DNA of 64,000 nt from a virus. Lineage: Duplodnaviria; Caudoviricetes. Within the stretch, counting starts at the first letter, position 1. Each line of letters begins with the position of its first letter. This document shows, in pieces, positions 48,377 to 57,784 of this stretch. The stretch covers positions 117,659 to 181,658 of IMG/VR virus record IMGVR_UViG_3300015607_004069. The stretch is one strand, 5' to 3'. The notes under the pieces were generated by a model that was not told where the DNA came from, ran no database searches, and saw only the letters and a list, made by a program, of their open reading frames with translations. Position numbers and translations under genes: made by a program.

Positions 48377-48472
48377 AATCAGCCTCCTAAAAAGAACAGA
48401 AGTAAATACAAGTAACACCAGACCGATCCTCAAAAATACAAGTGTCCGGTACAACTCCTAGGGATTATCAAG

Positions 48473-48709
48473 ATGAAATTGTCTCTCATGACAGAAGCTT
48501 ATTCACAACCAATACAGCCAAGAGCAGAAGCAGCCAAAATTCGAATCAGATACTGGCACGATGGCGACCAAAGCTGGAACGACGAAGAATTCGGCGTAGG
48601 CAATCGCGGCATGGCCATCAAACGCATCAAGACTCTGATCGACCAAGGCTACAGAGTCAGACCAGAAATAGAATATCGGGATGGCAAGACCCAACCAATC
48701 AAGGTATAA
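48473..48709 (+). CDS. hypothetical protein
   Basis: 78 aa followed by a terminator hairpin. Confidence 0.6.
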   Translation: MKLSLMTEAYSQPIQPRAEAAKIRIRYWHDGDQSWNDEEFGVGNRGMAIKRIKTLIDQGYRVRPEIEYRDGKTQPIKV

Positions 48710-48714
48710 ACAAA

Positions 48715-48740
48715 CAGGAGGTGATTTTCATCACCTCCTG
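48715..48740. terminator. hairpin between convergent genes
   Basis: caggaggtgat/atcacctcctg 11-bp stem. Confidence 0.7.
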
Positions 48741-48823
48741 CTGTCGTTGGAGCACAAACATTTCTGAATCAATCGACTTCTCTATTTACTGCATATAATA
48801 AATTTGACCTAAGATCATCTTGC

Positions 48824-49543
48824 TTAGCGACAGAACCTAGAAGACCCTAGGTTAACCACCCCACAGCTGATGATATTAAATGAATAATCGACCACCACCC
48901 GTACCATCTTCCCGGTTTCATCATAACCAAGCAGATTGATATGCTGCCGGTCATCGAAGTAATAGAACTCAAGCTTATGAACCCCGCCAACCTTCAAAGC
49001 CATGAGAACATTCAACTCATGATACTCCATCAAATCATCGGATGACTTGATAGCAAGCGGAGCGAACGGAGACAAGTATCGATTATCCACAAAAAGCGTC
49101 ATATCTATAGGGCAACCAAAAGCAGACAAATCACTCCTGCCAACTATCTTAAACGTGACAAGATTGATAAAATGCTCAGCATTGATCCTCAAATGAGGAT
49201 GAATCAACTGACTGAGCCGCTTCTTGCCCGAATACACACCAAAGACCATGCCATCGCCGACCTTGTCTATGGAGATCACCTTATTGCCGACAATCCCCAC
49301 CTTTAATGGCACATCGCTGGTAACAACATTACATCGCATAATGCAGTTAACAGGAGTGGTATTGCCAGACATGATGGAAATCTGATTGGCAAAAACATCA
49401 TATAGACGGTCTTCAGACCCATCACTGACAACGAAATAAAGGCGATTGTCTCGGACCACCACTGCCGAGGAGGCAGGGCGAGTGTCCAACGACATGGTCG
49501 AATTGACCTTCAGACGAGAAAACCGGTTGAATTGTGCAGTCAT
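48824..49543 (-). CDS. hypothetical beta-rich protein
   Basis: 239 aa; RBS gggag. Confidence 0.6.
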   Translation of the reverse strand: MTAQFNRFSRLKVNSTMSLDTRPASSAVVVRDNRLYFVVSDGSEDRLYDVFANQISIMSGNTTPVNCIMRCNVVTSDVPLKVGIVGNKVISIDKVGDGMVFGVYSGKKRLSQLIHPHLRINAEHFINLVTFKIVGRSDLSAFGCPIDMTLFVDNRYLSPFAPLAIKSSDDLMEYHELNVLMALKVGGVHKLEFYYFDDRQHINLLGYDETGKMVRVVVDYSFNIISCGVVNLGSSRFCR

Positions 49544-49582
49544 GATCGCATACTCCCGTTAGATAGGAGTACATAATACCAA

Positions 49583-49813
49583 CTATTCAGGAATTAATTG
49601 CTCGTACCTATACTTCGACTTGATCTGGGCTGCAAAAAACTTCCCGACAGATGGAGCCTTTACAAGCGATTCATATACTTCTCGTGGGACCCCGAAGTAT
49701 TTGTAAAACTTGCCACCAGATTTGAATTTGATGACAAGCTCTTGTGGCCCATCGATATAGGCGACCGACTCAATATTGGAACTATCGACACTCGTCATGT
49801 TAGGTAGCGGCAT
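49583..49813 (-). CDS. KTSC domain protein
   Basis: VDSSNIESVAY...L.IKF..G..YKYFGVP..VY..L..APSVGKFF. Confidence 0.9.
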   Translation of the reverse strand: MPLPNMTSVDSSNIESVAYIDGPQELVIKFKSGGKFYKYFGVPREVYESLVKAPSVGKFFAAQIKSKYRYEQLIPE

Positions 49814-49860
49814 GGTATAAGATACTCCTGAAGATATCCTATGTACCGTATTGCTTCACC

Positions 49861-50082
49861 ATGAATTATCCTATAGCCATATCTATCATAACATTAGAAA
49901 GACTCGGATTTACCATGAAATCGGATGAAAGCACCACAACTCTAATATTCAAACATCACAATCACGAATTGACCATCAAAAAGACCGCAGAAGGCTGGAT
50001 ATACAACACAGGCAGGAAAACCATTCTGATAAACGACATAAAAGACTTGCTGACCGAACTCATTGAGCCTGTGGCTTCTTAG
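49861..50082 (+). CDS. hypothetical protein
   Basis: 73 aa, divergent from KTSC. Confidence 0.45.
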   Translation: MNYPIAISIITLERLGFTMKSDESTTTLIFKHHNHELTIKKTAEGWIYNTGRKTILINDIKDLLTELIEPVAS

Positions 50083-50254
50083 AACAACACTTGCCAGATG
50101 CACAATTTGACTTGTAACTGTTATTGCTCATAGCCTTCAGATAGCCTTTACGCCATTCTACGTGCTGTAAAGTGCCATATGTGTATGGGCAAGCTTGATG
50201 ACCTTTGAGTGGGTATGCCTTGAAACCAGCCCGATAAGCTTCACTGGTAGTCAT
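50060..50254 (-). CDS. Rmf/CrpP-fold small protein (ribosome modulation factor-like)
   Basis: AYRAGFKA......CPY........EWRKGY..A matches the Rmf pattern A..RGY.AG..G...E.CPY.......WLGGW. Confidence 0.6.
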   Translation of the reverse strand: MTTSEAYRAGFKAYPLKGHQACPYTYGTLQHVEWRKGYLKAMSNNSYKSNCASGKCCSKKPQAQ

Positions 50255-50258
50255 AGGA

Positions 50259-50480
50259 TTACAACGCTATTACGAACCAGATGAACGAAACCCAAGCACA
50301 GAAACAGAGAAGCTGGCACATCTGTCCGATAATGGCATTCAGGCCGACTTGTAGATTAGGCGACTCGTCATGGGAACGCCATAAGCCATAGGCTATCAGA
50401 GAAAAAACGCAAAACAATTTAAGTGAAAGTGGAAACATATAACACCAAAAAGAGCGGACTGGCGATGTGCGATTACACAT
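50259..50480 (-). CDS. two-TM membrane protein
   Basis: two hydrophobic segments. Confidence 0.45.
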   Translation of the reverse strand: MCNRTSPVRSFWCYMFPLSLKLFCVFSLIAYGLWRSHDESPNLQVGLNAIIGQMCQLLCFCAWVSFIWFVIAL

Positions 50481-50545
50481 ACTTCACTGATGCTGTTCCA
50501 TCGCGCAAAACAGCTAGCTATCAAAGACCAGTCCGACCACCTACG

Positions 50546-50851
50546 CTATTTACGCTCAGATAAATCTATTTGCTCGATGTGCTTAAATTCATGTCGCAGA
50601 CCACACACCTCACACAACCCAAGATATTCGACTATATATTGGCCATTAGGACGCATGCCATGCACATACTCTTCACTAAAGGTCGATGGGAAACATTTTT
50701 CAGCTAATCTTTCATACACTTTAATCATGCTCAAGTACTCATTCTGATCGACCTTCCCATAAAATGCATCGATTTCTTTCTTCTTGGCTTTCAATTCATC
50801 CTTGTGTCTCTTGAGACACCGTGGACACTTCTCCCAATTATCTGGAGACAT
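50546..50851 (-). CDS. hypothetical zinc-binding protein
   Basis: CPRC...CEVCG. Confidence 0.65.
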   Translation of the reverse strand: MSPDNWEKCPRCLKRHKDELKAKKKEIDAFYGKVDQNEYLSMIKVYERLAEKCFPSTFSEEYVHGMRPNGQYIVEYLGLCEVCGLRHEFKHIEQIDLSERK

Positions 50852-51134
50852 TATATGCTCCTCTAGCTAAACAAGACCAATCGACCTTCGAATAGACATA
50901 TTTGGCAATATGATCGATGCCCATGCTTATGACATCATCAGGAATATCGCCGCACTTGAACAGAACAGCAATAGCATGACGAAAACGCCTTCGACCAAAC
51001 ATGCATCCTTTGCCGCATTCCTCAGATTGGCAAAATAAATCCGTTCCGCCAGTAGCACCAGAGGCGATATCGCCCAATCGATCTTTAAGATACTTGAGCG
51101 TGATCTTATCATACTCACCGTCAACGATCTTCAT
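50838..51134 (-). CDS. hypothetical protein
   Basis: RBS ggag; overlaps the next gene. Confidence 0.55.
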   Translation of the reverse strand: MKIVDGEYDKITLKYLKDRLGDIASGATGGTDLFCQSEECGKGCMFGRRRFRHAIAVLFKCGDIPDDVISMGIDHIAKYVYSKVDWSCLARGAYNVSR

Positions 51135-51162
51135 TTTCTACTCCAAACAAAATGAATTGTCG

Positions 51163-51522
51163 CTATTCAGGCCATTTAGTCTGGCCCGACGCTCCAATGT
51201 AAAGCCAAGTAAGACCGCCAGCAGGCTTAGTTTTATAGATGCGACCATAACGCTGGCAACACTCGACAGCTACATCGATAGCTGTCGTGTCTATTTGAAG
51301 TGATACCGCCATGCCAGTCATTAACCATATGTCTACCAGACAACCATAATATCCCTGAACATAAAGAGGCTGATGACGTAGAGGGTGGTGAATAATATTA
51401 TAATCCCAGATAGAGCTATCGGGATCGGTGAACAGTTTGCTAACATCGTCGGGTGGTGTATAAGTAAGAGGGTTCGTTGGTAGTAAGTCATCTAGCGGTG
51501 GAAAACCTTCTGGTAAATTCAT
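51163..51522 (-). CDS. hypothetical protein
   Basis: RBS ggag. Confidence 0.55.
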   Translation of the reverse strand: MNLPEGFPPLDDLLPTNPLTYTPPDDVSKLFTDPDSSIWDYNIIHHPLRHQPLYVQGYYGCLVDIWLMTGMAVSLQIDTTAIDVAVECCQRYGRIYKTKPAGGLTWLYIGASGQTKWPE

Positions 51523-51587
51523 GATAACAATCGCTCCAAGAGTGGTATTCCACCAATACTATGACTACAGTTTCATGCCTTACCCGT

Positions 51588-51884
51588 CTAAATGTCGTAT
51601 TTGTATTTGGCGTATTTGGCGTATCTGCGACGATACGGTCGAGGACTTGATGAAGGTGCTTCGTCTTCTAAATCTGGCTTCTTTTTTGGGATTTTAGTTC
51701 CATCAGAGCAAATCCAATAGCCATATGGAGCTTCCCTACTCCTGTTCTCATCAGTCTTACGGTTATCTGATTCATCATAGACGATCAACCCGACACATCC
51801 ACTAATATGATCGATATCCATCAATCTGATAGTGACACCATTAATGGTGATTGGGCTATCATAGCTCAGTTCGATCCGCTTCAT
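51588..51884 (-). CDS. hypothetical protein, weakly CsrA-like N-terminus
   Basis: ITINGVTIRLMDID...VGLIV beta pattern; basic tail. Confidence 0.45.
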   Translation of the reverse strand: MKRIELSYDSPITINGVTIRLMDIDHISGCVGLIVYDESDNRKTDENRSREAPYGYWICSDGTKIPKKKPDLEDEAPSSSPRPYRRRYAKYAKYKYDI

Positions 51885-51893
51885 GTTTCACCG

Positions 51894-52151
51894 TTAGACA
51901 TGGACTTGCTTTCTGCGATAATAGACCACATTACCGCTTCGAAAGAAGATGATCTTCGTAAAATCTGCCTTGATCTTTCTGGCCTGAATCCTTACCAGTC
52001 GCCACTGTCGTTTCTGTGCCGCCATCGACATATTAGACAGACGTTCTATCATCTGTATTCTTCTACTTGGCAGAATCTGGCTGTTTGGCGTGAAAGCAGC
52101 AAGCAGAAATGCACTTTCGACGACTTCGTTCAGACCTTTCAGACGCTTCAT
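51894..52151 (-). CDS. hypothetical basic protein
   Basis: RBS gggag. Confidence 0.5.
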   Translation of the reverse strand: MKRLKGLNEVVESAFLLAAFTPNSQILPSRRIQMIERLSNMSMAAQKRQWRLVRIQARKIKADFTKIIFFRSGNVVYYRRKQVHV

Positions 52152-52177
52152 TCATAGTCTCCCAAATACATTAGATA

Positions 52178-52214
52178 AGTCGATAGGCCAGACTCTTCAT
52201 CTGGCCTATCGACT
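52178..52214 (-). terminator. hairpin after the DUF932-like gene
   Basis: agtcgataggccaga/tctggcctatcgact 15-bp stem. Confidence 0.75.
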
Positions 52215-52219
52215 AGGGA

Positions 52220-53536
52220 TTACTTGATAGTGGCAGCTATCGATTTCGTCTTAGGATCGGCCAAGAACATCTCCTGAAAATCAGAATACCGACTCTTGCT
52301 TCCTTCAAGATCGTACTCCTTGTTGGCGAGGAAAGTCCCGACCAGACCCTGCATGCGTCGCTGACCTTCAATGTTCGTCCAGTGAGTGCCGACCTCAGTC
52401 ATGAAATTCAGCAGATCATAGACAGAGCAGGCAGTCGGCAGAACCTGCTTGCGACGAGTAGACAAGGCATCCAGATTGGCGATGCCATAAGCCTTAGTCA
52501 TGTCACCAAGCAATTCACGGTATCGGCGAAGCACAGGGCTGGTAATAGGGTTGTACTCACCGACAGCCACATTACCATCATTCGTACTGGTTACTTCCGT
52601 GGTGACTTCTGTCCCATCAGGCAATTCGATGAAGCCCTTATTATGCATGGTGATAAGAGCCTGATAGACCTGCTGGGCCTCATTGATCGATGCCCACGAC
52701 TGACCGGCCTTTGTGAAGCGATCCCTGATGATGTCATAGCCCTCATCATCATTAAAGCTCTCCATAGCACGACCAACCGCTTCCACATAGTCACGAGACT
52801 TATTGAGATTCAGACTGGACTTGAAAGTCTTAGTCAGACCAACACTAAGGTTGGTACAGACCTGACGCAACATTGCCAGATAGACAGCAGGAGAGCCATA
52901 GCCATCCACCGGGATATCCAGTACATATCGACCGAGGAACTTATCCCCATTGATGTCGAAGTCATTGTTGGCTCGTGGCATAGCCAGAACTCGGACCACA
53001 CCACGCGAGTAAGTGATGTCATGGATGTCATTCAACATCATGTCAGCACTGACCTGTGATGCATGACCAAAAGCACCTTCCATGGCAATTCGGTCACTTC
53101 CAGCATTCTGAGTAGTGCTGACGCGAGCACTTCTTTGAACTTGCTTGTTAGTGCGACCATCCGTATGGAAATCTGCTTTGAAGCTATCAATGTTGATGCC
53201 GCCATCCTTCAAGGCGTTCTCTATGTCGGCAACATCGGGCAATTCCCATCGCGAGTTGCACAGGGAGAGTAGGGTAGGGGTGTCGGTGGTTTCATCGATA
53301 GTGACCTGAATGACATCGCCCTTGTCGCTACGCTCCTTGATGCGTGAGAAGACCTCATGATGGTCGAAATAGTCGAAGAATCGACCGCTGATGCCATATC
53401 GGCTGTACAGACTTGTGAAGAATCGATCGTCTGGCTTGATGGCCTGATCGAACAGGGTGAAGTTGAGGTCTTTATCGACCTTGATATCACCAAGAGCGCA
53501 AGTTTCTCGTCGCAGGCGAACGTCTGACAGTCTCAT
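52220..53536 (-). CDS. DUF932-like phage protein
   Basis: DGYGSP...LRQVCTN and C-terminal SVYDLLNFMTE..TH....QRRMQ..VG pattern. Confidence 0.6.
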   Translation of the reverse strand: MRLSDVRLRRETCALGDIKVDKDLNFTLFDQAIKPDDRFFTSLYSRYGISGRFFDYFDHHEVFSRIKERSDKGDVIQVTIDETTDTPTLLSLCNSRWELPDVADIENALKDGGINIDSFKADFHTDGRTNKQVQRSARVSTTQNAGSDRIAMEGAFGHASQVSADMMLNDIHDITYSRGVVRVLAMPRANNDFDINGDKFLGRYVLDIPVDGYGSPAVYLAMLRQVCTNLSVGLTKTFKSSLNLNKSRDYVEAVGRAMESFNDDEGYDIIRDRFTKAGQSWASINEAQQVYQALITMHNKGFIELPDGTEVTTEVTSTNDGNVAVGEYNPITSPVLRRYRELLGDMTKAYGIANLDALSTRRKQVLPTACSVYDLLNFMTEVGTHWTNIEGQRRMQGLVGTFLANKEYDLEGSKSRYSDFQEMFLADPKTKSIAATIK

Positions 53537-53630
53537 AACCTATCTCCAGTAAGAGTGTTGAATGCAGGTGACACCATCACCGACAGGATTAATACCTGTA
53601 GTATTGGATACTACTATATAGTATTTGATT

Positions 53631-53671
53631 GGGTCATATAGGATTATATACCCTATAACCCTATATGACCC
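53631..53671 (-). terminator. hairpin after the helicase
   Basis: gggtcatatagg/cctatatgaccc 12-bp stem plus inner ttata/tataa. Confidence 0.7.
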
Positions 53672-53677
53672 TCTACC

Positions 53678-54868
53678 CTAGAACTTCCTTGCTGTACGCT
53701 CAGACTTGCGTTTGTGCAGCTTCTCTTCGATTTCAGAGACTGGCATGATAACCCTAGCCGCCAAATCCTGTACCATCTTAGTAGAGACAGCATCGACATT
53801 ACCATTGGCTTCAATAGACCGCCATTCCTTCTCCACTCGGACATACTGACCGGCAGGAGAAGCATACTTCATGAAGCACCAACCCTTCTCCGCTTGCACG
53901 ATTTGCTTCCGAGGGAATAGAGGACTCTTCCTGAGCACTCGACCGCCCATCTGAATCGAAATACCCTTACAAGACGAACGGAGAAACACGGTCTTCAAAT
54001 CGGGATCGTTATATCCCTCAGTCAACGCCAGACACCCCACCAGAACCTGCCACTTGCCAGCCTTGAATTCAACCAGCTGGTCAATTCGCTTGAATGGACA
54101 CTTCTCCACTAATTCAGCCCGTATCCCATTCTTGCGAAGGCGTTTGACCACCTTCGTACACTCCTCTATAGTATGGAAGAACATTACAGACCGACCCCAG
54201 CGATCAGGCGACTCACAATAGATGTCCACCGCCACCCGATTATTCCACTTATCCAGAGAATAATAATCGAACTGAGACAAATGGCCATCACGAATCAAAT
54301 GACGTGCAGAAGCATCACGAATCACCAATGAAAAACCAAGCTTCGCACCATCCTCACGCAAAGGCGTACCAGACAATCCCAGACCACGCAACCGCCCATT
54401 CGATGCTTCGCTCATCCGATTACGCAAAGTAATCGCAGAAGCAGCAGCCTGATGATGTGACTCATCGTCCACGTGATTGATAGGACGACCATTCAGATTC
54501 GATAAATCAGGCTCCCGCTCAAACATCGAAATTGGCACAAGACGCAACTTCAGATCGAACTTATTCTTCTCCTCAACCACCTGATCGAGCAGATTCCTAC
54601 GCATGGCAGACCACGACGTAGTCAACCCCGGCACTAACTCCTGCAATATGCTATTACCTATCAAAGCCATGATAGTCTTGCCAGCACCCACCGGAGCCTC
54701 GACATTGATGAACTTATGGTAATTGGGAGAAGAAGGATCGGCCATCCAAGCATGAACCATCTTACTGATAATTCGACGCTGGTAGTCACGTGTCTCGATC
54801 TTCGGATGACGACGCAGGAAATCGTCCACCACTGGCATAAATTCAACACCAAGATCAGTCAGAACCAT
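53678..54868 (-). CDS. superfamily 2 (DExH) helicase
   Basis: RDYQ, APVGAGKT, DESHH, LSGTP, LTEGYNDP, QMGGRVLR. Confidence 0.9.
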   Translation of the reverse strand: MVLTDLGVEFMPVVDDFLRRHPKIETRDYQRRIISKMVHAWMADPSSPNYHKFINVEAPVGAGKTIMALIGNSILQELVPGLTTSWSAMRRNLLDQVVEEKNKFDLKLRLVPISMFEREPDLSNLNGRPINHVDDESHHQAAASAITLRNRMSEASNGRLRGLGLSGTPLREDGAKLGFSLVIRDASARHLIRDGHLSQFDYYSLDKWNNRVAVDIYCESPDRWGRSVMFFHTIEECTKVVKRLRKNGIRAELVEKCPFKRIDQLVEFKAGKWQVLVGCLALTEGYNDPDLKTVFLRSSCKGISIQMGGRVLRKSPLFPRKQIVQAEKGWCFMKYASPAGQYVRVEKEWRSIEANGNVDAVSTKMVQDLAARVIMPVSEIEEKLHKRKSERTARKF

Positions 54869-55020
54869 TTGAACTCTCCCGTATGGTGATCAGAACAAAA
54901 GAATATATCACCAAGTACCCAAGAACTAATACCTTGACGACAAGCCAGAAAAATAAATTAATCCACAATCAGACCGTATCACCACCAAATAATATATCAA
55001 GCCATAACAGGCCAGAATAA

Positions 55021-55461
55021 CTAACTCCCATATATTATTCGATCCAGCTGCTCCCGCAAACGATCATGATAAGGCTTGCAAATCCGAACAGCCATTTCAC
55101 ACTGCTCGACATTCATCGACTCAATACGCACCACCTCACTCAGACCCATCTGGCCAGCCAGCCAGTTATAAGCAGCAGTTATGGCAACGCTCCTCGACAC
55201 CTTCTGACGCTCGACCTTTTGCTGCCATAGAAAATCAAAAACAATATGAACCGCCTTCCTCTTCCTCCGCAGAACAGGACCAGCAGCCGTGCCTAAAGCT
55301 ATGTCTGTATTCAGGCGACACCCCACATAAGCCTCACACTCACATCGCCAGAACCACAATTTGTCAGTGTGCCTTCCATAACCATAGATCGCATAACCTT
55401 TGACCTTCCAGCATTCCTTACCACATTCTTGACATAACACAGCCATTTGACTCTCCATCAT
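55021..55461 (-). CDS. DUF3268-like zinc-finger protein
   Basis: CQECG...WRCECEAYVGC...ALGT.A...LR..R...H..FD.LW. Confidence 0.75.
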   Translation of the reverse strand: MMESQMAVLCQECGKECWKVKGYAIYGYGRHTDKLWFWRCECEAYVGCRLNTDIALGTAAGPVLRRKRKAVHIVFDFLWQQKVERQKVSRSVAITAAYNWLAGQMGLSEVVRIESMNVEQCEMAVRICKPYHDRLREQLDRIIYGS

Positions 55462-55757
55462 GATTTGACTCGAAACTGTTCCGTCGAACCAATCGGATAG
55501 AGAATACCACTGCCAGTCACAGGGCAGGATACAAGATTCTTGGTGACCAAATGCGCTATCGTCTGCTCGATCAACGCCGACCGGCCAGAATGGCCCATAG
55601 TGCTAATCTTGTCTTGCGTTATGAGGTAATCGATAGAGCTATGTAAAGTCGGTCTGACGCAGTATGGTATATTAGCCGTTTCTGCATCCTTCAACCAGTC
55701 AGCACGAATCTGTTCAAGCCGTTTCAACAACTTACGATAAGTAATCTTAGGAAGCAT
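55458..55757 (-). CDS. hypothetical protein
   Basis: RBS aggag; ATGA overlap. Confidence 0.6.
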   Translation of the reverse strand: MLPKITYRKLLKRLEQIRADWLKDAETANIPYCVRPTLHSSIDYLITQDKISTMGHSGRSALIEQTIAHLVTKNLVSCPVTGSGILYPIGSTEQFRVKS

Positions 55758-55805
55758 TGATTCTCCTATTCGGGTTACCTATCTGTAGCACTAAGCCCTA
55801 TCAGA

Positions 55806-55910
55806 TTAATTGTCGCCATATAAAACGCCGACAATCCACAATATAAAACACGGCAATGCAATAAAACAAATTAAGTAAATAACCCACGTCGGAATCGTAA
55901 TAGTCGTCAG
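55806..55910 (-). CDS. possible 34-aa single-TM peptide with CTG start (absent from the ORF track)
   Basis: aggaaaccaa-CTG; TIPTWVIYLICFIALPCFILWIVGVLYGDN. Confidence 0.35.
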   Translation of the reverse strand: MTTITIPTWVIYLICFIALPCFILWIVGVLYGDN

Positions 55911-55918
55911 TTGGTTTC

Positions 55919-56158
55919 CTATTTCAAGAAAGTCGAAGCCTTAGCACAAGCATCATCCCACGATTTCAAACTGGCATCACGCCTATCACCAGCATACTTC
56001 ATATGCCCCAATGTCAATAGCTCACCACATAAAACTAGTTCTCGTATGACCGATTTCAATAGGGTCACTTGATCCTGCAATTCCTTGATCGTCGGCTGTG
56101 CTGTAATCACGCAGTTGCACTCATACCTTCCACAGTAATGGCACACACCTCCGCCCAT
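55919..56158 (-). CDS. hypothetical protein
   Basis: CxxC...CxC plus coiled coil. Confidence 0.55.
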   Translation of the reverse strand: MGGGVCHYCGRYECNCVITAQPTIKELQDQVTLLKSVIRELVLCGELLTLGHMKYAGDRRDASLKSWDDACAKASTFLK

Positions 56159-56186
56159 AACACACCTGCCTAATGATCGATGGTTA

Positions 56187-56990
56187 TTAAATAGAACTAA
56201 GGCTGCACTTTTTCTTTCTGGCCTTATGCCTCAGACCGTAATAGACACCAACTGTCACTGCCGTTATACCGACCATCCAGTGTGCACCGACTTCAGGAAC
56301 AGCCAACTGAATTGAATCAATAGCCAAATCACCACCAAGTAAACCATCAGTATAACCAGCAGAGAAACTAAGAGCGTCAATATCCGCCCAGTCTGGTGAG
56401 CCAATAGCAACAAAATCAGCCTTGGCAATTGACAGCAGCACTTCCGACTGATCCGACACTATAACGCCTTCAAAATAATTCGAGGCATTATTAGTATAGG
56501 CTCGGATAGTATATGTCCAATGACGATCATCGGCATTGATAACTGACCATTGAAAATTGAAGTTAGGCGATGAAAGCAATGAATTGAAATTGATATTGCC
56601 CAAATTAAAGCTGGTAGGATGAGAAACAATAGCATTTGTGTTAGGAGTGGCCCCATCACCTTGCCAGATGACCTGCCCGGCAGATCGTGTATTTGCCTGA
56701 TTGTTAATAGTAAATGCACTACTAGTGATCTTAGTAGCGTTATTGTAAAGAAGTCCGGGAGGATCACCAGCAGTGACCTCAACCAGATAATTTCCCACTA
56801 CACGATAATTACCAAGTACCGAAGAGCCGGGATTAAAACCACCCCATACACCATTGCCATCCAGCATCGGATCAGCAACAGTGCCATTCAACACACCAAA
56901 ATCATCAATCGTAAAAGAATTGATCAACTGAGCCTGCAGAACAGGCAAAAAGAAAAACACCGACACCAGAACAGCAGACAACCTAATCAT
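56187..56990 (-). CDS. secreted protein with PEP-CTERM-like sorting signal
   Basis: signal peptide ending LQA; C-terminus AVPEV + TM helix + RHKARKK. Confidence 0.75.
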   Translation of the reverse strand: MIRLSAVLVSVFFFLPVLQAQLINSFTIDDFGVLNGTVADPMLDGNGVWGGFNPGSSVLGNYRVVGNYLVEVTAGDPPGLLYNNATKITSSAFTINNQANTRSAGQVIWQGDGATPNTNAIVSHPTSFNLGNINFNSLLSSPNFNFQWSVINADDRHWTYTIRAYTNNASNYFEGVIVSDQSEVLLSIAKADFVAIGSPDWADIDALSFSAGYTDGLLGGDLAIDSIQLAVPEVGAHWMVGITAVTVGVYYGLRHKARKKKCSLSSI

Positions 56991-57295
56991 AACATCACCA
57001 TAAGAACGAGACTGTTATCACCACCATAGTGACAACTCATAACTGTTGTAATACGATCCTCACATTTATTAATTTATAATTTCACAATTATCTGGTATAT
57101 TCCTTCGTTCCAATACGCTCCAAGCACTCAGCTGCTCGCTTGGCTGCTCTTTTCTTCCCCGCTCTAATTCGATTCGCCATCTTCTTACGAATATCGCAAC
57201 GGGTTGTACTCTTAGACCAAGCCCGATGTCTACTATTGCGTAGCCAATGTGGCGATCTAGAATCATACTTGTCCGTAAGACATCTAAGAGACGAG

Positions 57296-57395
57296 AAAAA
57301 ACTGCGATCAGTCAACAGTATGAGAGCCGGTAGAATTCTCAGACTATTACTAGGACGATGCATCGCAGTAACCTCTAGGACTGTTTTGTTGTAGA
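57296..57395 (-). ncRNA. candidate small RNA or attenuator: 69-nt interrupted hairpin with U-tract
   Basis: actgcgat/atcgcagt, gtc/gac, aatagt/actgtt, tgaga/tctca nested stems (57301-57369) then a T-run; GTATT at 57405-57409. Confidence 0.45.
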
Positions 57396-57444
57396 ATTGA
57401 ATGTAATACCACATCAGTACATTTTAATTAGCAACAGCCCAAAC

Positions 57445-57744
57445 TCAACTGCCCAATTTCGCAGATGAATCACTGACATATCCATTCAAAGCCATTGCCA
57501 TTTCTAACCTCTTCAACTTCTCCTCTAACTCATAGATCCTGCCGCTCTCATTGTTGAATTGCCCGTCAATCAAAAACGGCGCAAAACCAGTCAGCAGAAA
57601 GAATGATACAGCAGGCCATGCAATACCGAAAACCATGCTGACCAGAACATCAAAAACGTCAAGACGCTTTTGAACAAACCACATACGAACACACAGACCG
57701 ATCACAAAACCAAAGTAACCAGCGAAATACAGAACATCGTTCAT
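57445..57744 (-). CDS. two-TM membrane protein
   Basis: RBS ggag; two hydrophobic segments. Confidence 0.6.
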   Translation of the reverse strand: MNDVLYFAGYFGFVIGLCVRMWFVQKRLDVFDVLVSMVFGIAWPAVSFFLLTGFAPFLIDGQFNNESGRIYELEEKLKRLEMAMALNGYVSDSSAKLGS

Positions 57745-57784
57745 GGCGGGCGACTCCATAAAGTTAAATGATACTAAGAACCGA

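Noticed and set aside
48112-48415. His/Arg-rich and Ile/Val-rich + strand ORFs
   Set aside because: Reverse-complement shadows of the GAT/GAC/GAA-rich acidic gene.
52382-53059. 225-aa + strand ORF
   Set aside because: Fully antisense to the DUF932-like gene, with no RBS or motif.
5461-57410. GTATT motifs as N4-type hairpin promoters
   Set aside because: Some copies sit in 4-5-bp inverted repeats but many do not, and stem and loop geometry is inconsistent.
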